Source: Malacoraja senta (Eukaryota). From it: a stretch of 64,000 nt of DNA. The stretch is taken from assembly GCA_038087875.1 (NCBI GenBank), contig CM075988.1, forward strand, positions 14,696,001 to 14,760,000, written 5' to 3'. Position 1 is the stretch's first letter, and each line of letters opens with the position of its first letter. Position numbers and translations under genes: made by a program. Shown piece after piece: positions 13,132 to 24,878 of the stretch. The notes under the pieces are model-generated. The model was not told the origin of the DNA and made no database searches. It saw nothing but the letters and a program-made list of their open reading frames with translations.

Positions 13132-13919
13132 TACTTGTGGTCGAACTAGTTCACCAAGGAAACAGACTTAGAAAATACCCTTAAATGAGGTAGCAGGGAA
13201 AGAACATACAGAAGAATGAGGTGAAGTGAAGTGAAGGTCAAAAACAACTGTGGAGAGTAAAATTCTACAAATTCCCTCATATGTAATGCTGTGAACAAAT
13301 AGCCCTGGTTCATGTGCAGGCTGAATCATCTTTGGATATTTATTTCGGGCATGAGAAAAACAAAAGTGGATTTTAGTGTAAAAGAATGTAATGACCTTAC
13401 TAACAACCAAATGTTTCCAAAATTAATGATTATTCATGCCTTGGAAAAAAAATCATTATAAATAAGATGAAAAATGCTCCCTGCATCTCATGTCACAAGT
13501 GCAATAATATTATGTGATGTGTGACGGAAGCTTTGGAGAAATATCATGTAAAAATGATTATATTAATGATTAATTTCCAAATCCTTTTGTTTTATTGTGC
13601 TAATTTAATATAATATTTTATATCTATAGCAACTGGCTGGGAAAAGCTTGTCAGGATGATGGAGCTGACTTCCAACATGCAGTTTAAATAGCAAAAGGGT
13701 TTATGCTAAAATTGGTCATCATTTTAAAATCTAATTATAAGCTGGAGCATCGGATGTTGGGGGCAAAGGTTTGTTTCAGCTGTGTAGATGACATTGTCAC
13801 CTGTCATAATGTAGGACACCTGGTGAAATTGAACGACTGCCAGCCATGATCATCATAGTCTATTGCAACATTTGAAAGCCTAGTACCATCTGTGAACCAT
13901 TGCTGGGTTTAACGAGCAG

Positions 13920-14860
13920 TTTGGTTTGGTTTGGTTTAGAGATACAGCACGGAAACAGGCCCTTCAGCCTACTGAGTTCACACCTGCCGTCAATCACACT
14001 AGTTCTATGTTATGTTCAGTTTAGTTTATTGTCACGTGTACCGAGGTACAGTGAAAAGCTTTTGTTGCGTGCTACACAGTCAGCATAGAGACAATACGTG
14101 ATTACAATCAAGCCATTTATAATGTATAGATACATGATAAGGGAATAACGTTTAGGGCAAGTTAAAGTCAGTAAAGTACAATCAAAGATAGTCTGAGGGT
14201 CATCATTGAGGTAGCTAGTAGTTCAGAACTGCTCTCTAGTTGAAGGTAGACACAAAATGCTGGAGTTACTCAACGGGACAGGCAACATCTCTGGAGAGAA
14301 GGAATGGGTGACGTTTCAGATCGAGACCCTTCTTCAGACTGATGTCGGGGGAGTGGGCGGGACAGAGATTCACCATCCCCTCTGACCTCCCCCTTTCTGA
14401 TACGGAACGGTCTGTCCTCAGCAGAGGCCCCACCTTTGTTCCCCTCTGCCCCTACCTCAACGAGTTCAAAAAACAACAACAAAAAACCCTCTCACTGCTC
14501 TCTAGTTGTGCTAGGAAGGTTCAGCTGCCTCCTTCCCACGTTCTCATCCACACCCTAAACAGTGGCAATTACAGAGGGCAATTATCCTACAAACCTGCAC
14601 AGTCTGAAGAAGAGTTTCGGCCCGAAAGGTTGCCTATTTGCTTCGCTCCATAGATGCTGCTGCACCCGCTGAGTTTCTCCAGCACCTTTGTCTACCTGCA
14701 CGTCTTAGGGATGTGGGAGGAAACCAGAGCACCCGGTGGAATCCCACACGGTCACAGGGAGAACATGCAAACTCCACACAGCCAACATTTGAGGTCCCAG
14801 GTCTCTGATGCTGTTAGGCAACAGCTCTACCAGTTGTGTCACTATATCACCCAGTTATTA
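13920..14860 (-). mobile_element. HE1-like SINE split by a Rex1-type tail and two Penelope-derived inserts
   Basis: SINE tail at 13920-14013 and body at 14531-14860; Rex1-type tail at 14015-14530; inserts at 14243-14493 and 14601-14693 with TSDs. Confidence 0.7.
14243..14493. mobile_element. Penelope-like fragment (inverted terminal repeat plus ORF piece)
   Basis: + frame FTIPSDLPLSDTERSVLSRGPTFVP resembles the PLE pre-RT L.KGL.F.P region; 15-bp TSD ACTGCTCTCTAGTTG at 14228-14242 and 14494-14508. Confidence 0.75.
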
Positions 14861-15080
14861 CAGTTAGAGTGAAAACTTGGGGCCTCATGGAGATAGCAAC
14901 CAGCCAACAGTTGTGTTTGGGCCGAACAGTAGTCATCCCTTGCGGATCACTTTATCTCAGCTTCTGCTCTTCGCAACATCTACTCATTTTTCGGACTCAT
15001 CGCTGAATCCAGTGAGGGAGTACTGACATGCTGAGGCTGAGGCATCTTGCTCACAGATGTACATGCAGAAGGCAGCTCCA

Positions 15081-16100
15081 CAAGTTCAAGTTCAAGTTCA
15101 AGTGAGTTTATTGTCATGTGTCCATGATAGGACAATGAAATTCTTGCTTTGCTTCAGCACAACAGAACATAGTAGGCATTGACTACAAAACAGATCAGTG
15201 TGCCCATATATCATTATATAAATATATACACACATGAATAAATAAACTGATGAAGTGCAAATAACAGATAATGGGCTATTAATGTTCATAGTTTTGTCCG
15301 AGCCAAGTTTAATAGCCTGATGGCTGTGGGGAAGTAGCTATTCCTGAACCTGGTCGTTGCAGTCTTCAGGCTCCTGTACCTTCTACCTGAAGGTAGCAGG
15401 GAGATGAGTGTGTGGCCAGGATGGTGTGGGTCCTTGATGATACTGCCAGCCTTTTTGAGGCAGCGACTGCGATAGATCCCCTTGATGGAAGGGAGGTCAG
15501 AGCCGATGATGGACTGGGCAGTGTTTACTACTCTTTGTAGTCTTTTCCTCTCCAGGTCGCTCAAGTTGCCGAACCAAGCCACGATGCAACCGGTCAGCAT
15601 GCTCTCTACTGTGCACCTGTAGGAGTTAGAGAGAGTCCTCCTTGACAAACCGACTCTCCGTAATCTTCTCAGGAAGTAGAGGCGCTGATGTGCTTTCTTA
15701 ATAGTAGCATCAGTGTTCTCGGACCAGGAAAGATCTTCAGAGATGTGCACGCCCAGGAATTTAAAGCTCTTGATCCTTTCAACCATCGACCCATTGATAT
15801 AAACGGGACTGTGGGTCCCCATCCTACTCCTTCCAAAGTCCACAATCAGTTCCTTGGTTTTGCCGGTGTTGAGGGCCAGGTTGTTGTGCTGGCACCATAT
15901 GGACAGTTGCTCGATCTCTCTTCTATACTCTGACTCATCCCCATCAGTGATACGTCCCACAACAGTGGTGTCGTCAGCGAACTTGATGATTGAGTTCGCA
16001 CTATGACCGGCTACGCAGTCATGAGTAAAGAGTGAGTACAGCAGGGGGCTGAGCACGCAGCCTTGAGGTGCTCCCGTGCTGATTGTTATCGAGTCTGACA
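15081..16100 (-). mobile_element. Rex1/Babar-clade LINE, 5'-truncated, open frame
   Basis: 278-aa ORF 15286..16122 with GAPQGCVLSPLLYSLFTHDC, KFADDTTVVG and RFRNSYFPTAIRLLN; (ACTTGA)n tail. Confidence 0.93.
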
Positions 16101-16169
16101 CATGAATGGGATCAATAACCATTAAGAAAATTGTTTGAATTATCCTATTTTATTTTAATTTATTTTACT

Positions 16170-16455
16170 TTATAGTTTTACTTTACACTTTATAGATACA
16201 GGAAGGAACCTGGCCCATTGGATCACCGAGTCCACTGACACTATCTTACATTAAGGGACAATTTTACAACTTATCAAAGCCAATTAACCTACAAGCCTGT
16301 ACATCTTTGGAGTGTAGAAGGAAACCAGAGCACCTGGAGAAAATCCACTTGATCACAGGGAGAATGCCCGTACAGGTAGCACCCGTAGTCAGGATCGAAC
16401 CCGGGTCGCTGGCTCTGTAAGATAGCAACTCTACCACTGTGCCACTGTTCCGCCC
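16170..16455 (-). mobile_element. HE1-like tRNA-derived SINE
   Basis: Minus-strand head GGGCGG...TGGCACAGTGG (A box) and GGTTCGATCC (B box); V-SINE-like core. Confidence 0.88.
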
Positions 16456-16699
16456 AATGCTTTAGAATCTTATACTTCTTATATTTGTTTTAAGATCTCG
16501 CACAATACTTCTTGTATTGCTGCGTTTCCTGGAGTTCTTGGTGCCCTTGAATGGTGATTTGGAATCATTGGTTAAAATGATCAATACAATAATGTTAGCT
16601 TTGATCATTGTCTAAAGATTCAAACTATCAACATGATTAGAGCCTGTTCTTCAGAGAAAGGGTCATTTCCATCACAGCAGGAGACTGACATAATGATGT

Positions 16700-16868
16700 C
16701 CGTAGACACAAGGAACTGCAAATGCTGACATAAAAAAGACACAAACTGCTGGAGCAACTCAGCTGGTCAGAGAGTCTGAATAAGGATCCCGACCTAAAAC
16801 ATCACCTGTCCATGTTCTCCAAAGATGCTGCCTGGCCCCCTGAGTTACTCCAGCATTTTGTATCCTTT
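16700..16868. repeat. Palindromic pair of Penelope-terminus repeats
   Basis: TGCTGGAGCAACTCAG ... CTGAGTTACTCCAGCA inverted arms. Confidence 0.75.
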
Positions 16869-17129
16869 AAAATTATGATGTCCATGCTGGTTAAAAAAGA
16901 CCTTGCACTAATTGTTATTCTGTTATTTCCTTTATCATGTATCTGTACACTGAGGATGGCTTGATTGTAATCATGCATTGTCTTTTTGCTGACTGGTTAG
17001 CACGCAACAAAAGCTTTTCACTGTATCTTGGTACACATGACAATAAACTAAGCGCAAACTCAAACTCAAGAACTACCCAGTGAAATCAGATCTTCCACGC
17101 TAGAGCTGTAACTGTGTGTCACAGCTCTT

Positions 17130-18080
17130 AAAGTACGTATTGAGGCCTGTTTAGATGCAGAGTTTTTTCCCTCTACCATACTTTCAGGCAATGGGTTCTA
17201 CACACTCCCCTCATCTCCTTTTATCAACTACAAATCTCTGCCCTTAGTTTTAGATCCCTCACCTATGGAAATATGTGAATGTTTAATCCATCTAAGTCTC
17301 CCATAATTGTGTACACCACCATTAACAATTCTCTGTGCCAAGAAAATAACCCCAGTAAATCCAATAAAGTGTCATTGCTACAAATTTCCAATTCTGGCAA
17401 CGTCTTCATAAAACCTCTTTTAGTTCTGTCCAACACACACATCTTTCATATAATGTGGTGACTAGATCTATAAGGAGTACTGAAAGTGTGGTCTGACCTG
17501 TGGTATACAGTTCCACCATAACCTCCCCGCTCTCATATGCCTCGCTTAAAAAAGGGAAGCATCCAATATGCCTTTTTAACCAATTTTTTGACCTGTCCCA
17601 TAGCCTTTAAGAATCTGTGAATGTATACAAGGTTTTCCCATCATGGTTCTTTCATACCACTTTGAAACTTTCCATTTATTAATTGCTTTTTTTGTTGTTG
17701 TTTATTATGGTATTTATTATGGTATTATGGTATTTACGGAGCATTATGTTTACATATCTGTTGTGTGGCTGCAAGTAAGAATTTTATTGTTCCCTATCAG
17801 GATATATGACAATAAAAAAACTCTTCAATCTTGTAGATTCCCTGCCTTTGTGCTCTTTCCCAAATGTGGTACTCCACACCTCTCTTGATTAAATTCCATT
17901 TGCCATTTTCTTTCCATTTGAGGAAGCAATCTCTATCTCTCATAGTTTCCCTCTTCACTACTAACAGTTTGTCCAATTATGGCATCAACTGCAATCTTCT
18001 TTATTATGCCCCTACAAATAGAACTAGAGAATTATTATATAATACAAAAAGCAAAACATTCAGTACTGAACTTTACTGGC
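17130..18080 (-). mobile_element. Old CR1 relic interrupted by a Rex1-type tail (17640-17830)
   Basis: Degenerate similarity to other CR1 copies (e.g. the reverse of QMEFN...GKSTK). Confidence 0.55.
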
Positions 18081-18508
18081 TCAGTACATTTACATAAACA
18101 CCCATCAACAATCATGTGTAAGGAGGAACTGCAGATGCTGGTTTAAACCGAAGAGATGGGACAAAAAGCTGGAGTAACTGTGGGTCAGGCAGCATCTCTG
18201 GAGAAAAAGAATAGGTGATGTTTGGGGTCAAGACCCTTCTTCAGCATCAACAATTATGCTTTGCTTCCTGCAACTGGGATATTTTTAGGTCCAATTTAAA
18301 CTGGTCAAAAGCCTTGGTAAAATCTTGAAGACTCTATCAAACACACTACACTCATCAATCCTCTTTGATTTATTCTCTTAAAAAATTAGATGCAATTACA
18401 ATATATTTGCCATTGTTAAATTTGTGGAAAATTTTACACACAGTAAGAGAAGCCAACCCTAGATTTCAAACACGAAAGGTTGAAGTTATATATGGAAGAT
18501 ATTTAGGT

Positions 18509-18562
18509 GGGGTGGAAGATTGCAACCTTCACGTGGTCTGCCCTGTTTCGACGAATGCAATC
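18509..18562 (+). ncRNA. Minimal HDV/CPEB3-like self-cleaving ribozyme (predicted)
   Basis: P1 GGGGTGG/CTGCCCT with G1-U wobble; P2 GATTGCA/TGCAATC; P3 ACC/GGT; L3 TTCACGT; J1.1 GT; vestigial P4 TTCGA; J4/2 CGAA. Confidence 0.8.
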
Positions 18563-18645
18563 AACCTAGCGTGCACAATCAAGTAAGATCATATAGAACA
18601 AGTTGTCCTACAACTTTAGGCTCTGCACGCCATACGCAAGAAGAA
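18509..18645 (+). mobile_element. Short ribozyme-headed retroposon with (AAG)n tail
   Basis: 14-bp TSD GAAGATATTT[A/T]GGT at 18495-18508 and 18646-18659 (one mismatch); tail CAAGAAGAAGAAGA; no tRNA A/B boxes seen. Confidence 0.85.
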
Positions 18646-19451
18646 GAAGATATTTTGGTAAAGAGGACTATGGAAACTACAATTGGGGAAGGTAATTTGG
18701 CCGGTTGAAAGTCAATCTTTTTTATCATAACCTTTGTAGATCCTTTGAAAAGACTCCAGATTAAAGTTAAAATGGACTAAGAAATGGAAGGATTGTCTGT
18801 TAAACCACCAAGTAGTTTAATCCCAAATCTAATTTATTTCTGCTATTCTTTCAAAAGCATAACACGGCCAATTCATGCTAATAGTGTGCTTCTGTAATGA
18901 CTATATTCTAGTATGACTAAACAATGCACTTAAACAGAAGTTTGACGGTCAGCGAGTGTCAGTAAGTCAGTAAAAGAGAATCAGTAAATTGTACAGAATT
19001 TAAATAAGTTAATTTAACATCTCATTATTTAGTGTCTATTGATGCATGCCTTGTGTATATCTTATTCTGAACTGAGCAAGCTCTGCATAGACTATTTTGC
19101 AATTTTACAACAAAAAATGTCTTTCCCATCTGATTTATAATCTAATTGTATTGATTTTTTTTACCACCGTTACCTTTTCTTTCCTTTTCTTAGAAGTCGC
19201 ATCCAAATCTCTGCCAATGTCATTCTCCAATGCTAGAGGAGGACTTTGTTCCCCTCTTCCTCTGTCCTGGGAATAATTATAATCACAGAGCTGTATCTCA
19301 ATTCTTGATGCCACAGCAAGTTTAAACATCATCAGCAATTCTGTACAACTAAAAATTTAACATGCATATTTGATATGCAGCGTGTAAATGAATACTTGTG
19401 AAAGAAATATAAAATGTTACGAGGCAATAATCCTGATGCATTGCAATGAAG

Positions 19452-19806
19452 ATGGTATAGTGGTGTGTGTTGGTTAATGTTTTGGACTAGAAAACATTGA
19501 TCCTCAGACATAAGTTGGAATCCCTTCATTAGGGCTGGGGAAGTTAAATTCAAATAATTAAATACATTTGGATTTTTATTTTTAAATCTAGTCTCATCAC
19601 ATTATTCCCAATACTACCAAATATATGTAAAAACCCACCTACTTGATGCATTTCTCTCAGGAAGTAAATTTGGAAATCTGACCTAATCTGCCCCATAGTT
19701 ATCCCCCAGCAAAGTGATTTGCTTTGAACACTTCATCATCAATTAGGGATACAGAGTAAATGCCAGCACTGATAGAAATGTCCATGTGCAACGACAAGTA
19801 AAATAA
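19452..19806 (+). mobile_element. Ancient diverged tRNA-headed SINE with CR1-type tail
   Basis: Degenerate tRNA-like head (TGGTATAGTGG...GTTGGAATCCC); CAATTAGGGAT...AAATGCCAGC tail; recognised from memory of elasmobranch SINEs. Confidence 0.5.
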
Positions 19807-19812
19807 CAAGTA

Positions 19813-20040
19813 GTAGAAACAAAGAACTGCAGATGCTGATTTATACCAAAGATAGACACAAAGTGCTGGAGTAACTCAACGGGTCAGGCACCATCTCTGG
19901 AGAGAAAGGATGGGTGACGTTTCGGGTCGGCAGCCTTCTTCAGGGTGAAGAAGGGTCCCGACCCAAAAAGTCACCCATCCTTTTCCTCCAGAGATGTTGC
20001 CTGACCCATTGAGTTACTCCAGCACTTTGTGTCCATCTTA
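19813..20040. repeat. Palindromic pair of Penelope-terminus repeats
   Basis: Arms of about 90 bp, inverted about the centre CCTTCTTCA-GGG-TGAAGAAGG. Confidence 0.9.
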
Positions 20041-20059
20041 AATAAAATAATAGGATATC

Positions 20060-20580
20060 TAAACAGTATTTAAGGGTGTTTAGGACTTGGATATACCTGC
20101 GCATGCATCCTATAAGCGGCCAGTTATATGAAGAGAATAATTAATAGATTCACATATAGAGGAATGGAATGAAAAAATAGGAATATTACACTGATCTTGG
20201 ACCAACACTGCATATCATACAACTGAATATTACATCCAGTTTGAGTCATTTATTATAAGGAAAGATTTGACAATCCCAGAGATGGGAGCAGAAGAAATTT
20301 ACTCGAATAGTTCCAAGGATAAGGGATTTCAGCTCCAACGGTAAACTGGACAAGCTGAATAGAGAAAAGTTGGGAGGAAATTTGAAGGAGGCGTTCAATT
20401 TATAATGGTTGAAAAGAAAGGCTGAATAGAGGGATGCTGTCGCAATTAGTGGATGTTCAAAGGCTATTGAACAAAATATAATATATTTAGATAAATGATG
20501 GAGGGAAATATTATTATACTCAAACAACATTTATAATCTGTAATTCACTGCCTGTTGAGCTGGCGGTGGAGATGATAGCA
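20060..20580 (+). mobile_element. Very old CR1 relic
   Basis: Faint Q..FTRIVP.IRDFS...KLDKL...LGGNLKEAF.. remnants. Confidence 0.45.
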
Positions 20581-21001
20581 AGTATGATCAGTAAAGTGTG
20601 CCAATAAGAAAGTTATCAACACATTCTGCACATTCGAGTAAAATAGGTTGTGCTTATCTGTATAATCACAATGGTAAGACATTTAAGTAACTTTTAACCT
20701 GATTGGTGGAAAAAAGTTTCATCAATGGGTTCAAATGGTCAGGATAGACACAAAAAGCTGGAGTAACTCAGTGGGACAGGCAGCATCTCTGGAGAAAAGG
20801 AATGGGTAACGTTTCGGGTCGAGACCCTTCTTTCAGACCCAGGTATTAGAAACAGAACAAACTGGCAGGGTTCAGGTAATAAAACACAGAGGTAGTATTG
20901 ACAGGATTATTTTACTAAGAAATGGAATAAGATCAATGGTAGTGGCTTTAATCTGTGCTACAATGCTATGATTGATTCTTGATCAACATAGGTCAAGCAT
21001 A

Positions 21002-21313
21002 TTTAGGTTAGTTTAGTTTAGAGATGCATTGCGGAAACAGGCCCTTCGGCCACCGAGTCAGCGCTGACCAGCACTCCTCACACACTTATATTATCCTACA
21101 CACACAAGGGACGATTTTACATTTATACCAAGCCAATTAACCTCCAAAACCTGGGCATCTTTGGAGTGCGGGAGGAAACCGAAGATCTCGGAGAAAACCC
21201 ACGCAGGTTACGGGGAGAACGTACAAACTCCGTACAGACAAGCACCTGTGGTTGTGATGGAACCCGGGTCTCTGGCGCTGTAAGGCCGGAGCTCTACTGT
21301 TACGCCACCGCCC
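21002..21313 (-). mobile_element. HE1-like tRNA-derived SINE, full length
   Basis: tRNA-like head, V-SINE-like core (GGAGTTTGTACGTTCTCCCCGT...GGTTTCCTCCC), CR1-like tail GGCCGAAGGGCCTGTTTCC and (CTAAA)n. Confidence 0.92.
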
Positions 21314-23401
21314 TTTGATTAATTAAATTTAATTAATTAATTCACATATTTAATCCCTTGTCGGATAACCACCACAAAGCATCATTATCCATTCTGACTA
21401 AGATAGGTTCATACAATGTCTTGATATGAATAGCGTGTTCCATGTGGATTCATGCATCAAGCAGTTGAATATATATATATTTTTTATGACGAGCAACTAC
21501 AACCACATTCAAATTGAGTGAATTACATGAGTTATTTGCAAAACACATCCTTTCAATTATAGGCTTTCCAGGGTGCCAAGGAAACAATGTCTTCAGACAT
21601 ACATATTAGTAAGCTCCACATTTACAAAGGTTTTGTCCAAAGTTATATTCTGTGTCAAGGATTGCTGTTTCCCTTAAGCCAAGTGGTCATTTGCCCAATG
21701 AACATCAAATACATTCAGTTCAATATTTTGACAATTATATGCAACCAAATAGCACAAAATAATGAATACAATTTATTCCAGGTGAACATAATGATTGTAC
21801 AATGTGTAGGAAAGAACTGCAGATGCTGGTTTATTACAAAGATAACGCAAAGTGCTAGAGTAACTCACATGGTCAGGCAGCATCTCAAATGAAAAGGAAA
21901 ATGGTGATGTTACAGGTCGGAACCTTTCTCTTTCTTCAGATTGAAAGTGGGGGGGGTGGGGGGGTGAGAGGTAGGAAATGGCCAGAACAAATCAGAGCCA
22001 GCAACAGATGATAAGATTATTATAGGCATGAATGCACTATCTTGGTAGGTCTGATTCAGTTTTCATACATGTCCAGAATAAACTCTAAATAAAAACTCTA
22101 AATAAACAAATTCAATTAGATTCTGATTCTGGTGTAGAAATTCATCTTATTGAATGAATTACCAATTCAAATATTAAATTTCCATATAAAAATCTGATCG
22201 AAGCATAAAGTGTATCCAGCTATTTCTTCTTTTTAAAAATCAACAGTCAGCATGTAGTCAATCTGCTGTTGTTAAACCTAAAACTCCAGCATGTTTTAGA
22301 AATCTAATCAGTTTTGTCTAAAATGAAGCTATTGTCAAACATGGTTCTATCAGCTTTGTTAGATTGTACCACTGATTCACCGTTGATAAGCCATGGTACC
22401 ATGATCTACAGTACCTCTATAATGCTGAGACCAGGCGCCCGCTCGGATACCTACCCCTTGTTCATGTAAATGTGTTAATTTTGCAAACGTGCCCCCCTCC
22501 TCCCCCGGCCAATCATTTGCCTATCAAACACCACCCCCACATTTTGTATCCACCTATCACTCACCAGGATAGACACAAAGTGCTGGAGTAACTCAGAGGC
22601 AGCATCTCTGGAGAAAAAGGATGGGTAATGTTTTGAATTGGGATTCTTCTTGGCTCAGACCTGCCCCTCCCTTCTTCCAGCTCTCACCACCTCCCCCCCC
22701 CCCCCCCTCCCTTGCTCTCCTCGCTGCTTAGAATGTTATTTCCATTACAGAGGCTCACAATGTATCAAGACTTACAATTGAGCCCTTAGAGTGATTAGGG
22801 GGTGATATTGTGATGGTTTAAACTCAGTTCTGTCCATATAGATTGTTATAGTGCATTCTCTGGATAGATGCTGTGCACAGGCTACTGCTTTTACTGCTCT
22901 CTAGATTATCACTAAAGGATAAAGCCTGATCTGTATAGCTTCAGGTATATCTCTGCTGCCTTAATTCTATGGAGATCCTAATCGAAGCATGACTATTTCT
23001 TATAAATTCAACTGAAGTCGACTTCATTCAGCACAGCAAACATGCCCTTCAGCCCATATCAAGTTCAGCATATACAAATTACTAACCACACACAGATTCA
23101 GATGAACATACATACAGTTTTAACAGCAGTTCAGTCTAATATGTTTCAGCATCACTGGCATGATACACCTGACCAATTTTACAGAAGTCATGAATGCCAC
23201 TTGCATGGGGAGACAAGCTTGAGTGATGCCATAAAGCTTTTAACTCGGCTACGCTATTAAATCTCTAAACGTTTCACAGAGAGACGACAGCCTTCCACAA
23301 CCAGGGAAGATTTTCAATGCTGTTGGTCACCCAAGCAGGGTTTTGGGCATTCACTGTAGAGCCTGCCCATTGAAATAACAAACTTCCCAACTGCAACGTA
23401 T

Positions 23402-23680
23402 ACTTTAGACTTTAGAGATACAGCGCGGAAACAGACTCAGCCCACCGAGTCCACGCCATCCTGCGATCACCCTTGTGTACTGGCTCTATCCTACACATTA
23501 GGGTCAATTTACAATTTTACCTAATTAACCTATAAACCTGCACGTCTTTGGAGCCTGGGAGGAAACCCACGGAGTCATAGGGAGAACGTACAAACTCCAT
23601 ACAGACAGCACCTATAGTCAGGATCGAACCCGGGTCTCTGGCACGGTAAGGCAGCAACTCTACTGCAGGGCTACTCTGCC
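23402..23680 (-). mobile_element. HE1-like SINE
   Basis: Same head, core and tail as 21002-21313; B box GGTTCGATCC. Confidence 0.9.
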
Positions 23681-24576
23681 GATACCTTGCGATGTTCAAA
23701 TAGTGGAAAATTCTAGAAGGCCAACATGGGATTATGGAGCTTGTCCCCTGTCTCGGACATTTGATAAATGATCTAGAGCCTTGGAGTATGCCTGTTGAAA
23801 TGGATATTTACCTTTTGCAGATAAACCAGAAATAACAAATGGCTAGTCAGATGATATGAAGCTCCCTAAGATGCACCTTGATGAAGCTAGGAGACTTCCT
23901 TATCTGGTTGTCATTTCCACTTAGAACAAAGGGCATCCTCTGAATGTGGAAATAACGCTCTGATCCCATCTATATACAGCTCTCTCCCTCACCTTTACTC
24001 CCATTGTTCTGGTGGTAATTTACACATCTTCTCTTCCTATTACCTTTTACCCATCAGCTGTCAAATTAAGATGACTTTGTTCAGTACCCGGCACTTTTTA
24101 ACCTTCCTCAGCTCTACTCATGGTATTTATTATTTTTAACTGATCCCTGCTAATTGATATTAACTATTTTCTGATTAACACCCTTCCTTGAATAGTGGCA
24201 CTGTTCAGTCCGAGAATTGTAAGGCGAGGAGCAACTTAGACCTGTTGCACACAGTACATCCAGTTTTGATATTTGTAATGACTTTTCTTGGCGTCTTTGA
24301 GACTCAATGCATTTTTGTTTCCAAAGGGCAGAGCGGGCATTCTAAAACTTCCAGCATGTGATGATTAAAATATTTTAACATCATCACCTTTTCCATGAAG
24401 GCGGCACGAGTGAAATGAAGATCCAATCAGAATAGTAAATTATGACGTTACACCATTCTGAACTGAGGGAGTGAGTTACTTCTGAGTAGAGCTATGTTTG
24501 ACAATGGGTCCACAATGGATGACTAATTTAACATAGTGAAACCTGTCTGAACAAGCATGTCAGAAATTGGACACTA

Positions 24577-24878
24577 GTTTTTTAGTTAAGTTTAGAGGTA
24601 CAGTGCAGAAACAGCCCTTTGCCCCATCGAGTCCTCACCGACTAGCAAACCCCATTCACTAGCACTAGCCTACACTCTGGGGACAATTTACAATTTTTTA
24701 CCAAAGCCAATTAACCTAGAAGCCTGTACGTCTTTGGAATGTGGGAGGAAACCGGAACACCCGGGGAAAAACCCACGCGGTCACCTGGAGACTGATAGAG
24801 TCAGCACCCGTAGTCAGGTTCGAACCTGGGTCTCTGGCGCTATCAGGCAGCAACTCTACCACTGCCCCACCATGCTGC
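24577..24878 (-). mobile_element. HE1-like SINE
   Basis: Same head, core and tail; B box GGTTCGAACC. Confidence 0.9.

Noticed and set aside
19813..20040. DNA-transposon MITE interpretation of the palindromes
   Set aside because: The arms are unequal, single arms are common, there is no fixed TA-type TSD, and the sequence equals the Penelope terminus.
21280..21313. tRNA genes suggested by A/B boxes
   Set aside because: They are SINE heads that continue into core and tail sequence, with no complete cloverleaf.
22335..22360. Resemblance to miR-218-3p (ACATGGTTCT)
   Set aside because: Only about 10 nt match and the miR-218-5p arm is absent.
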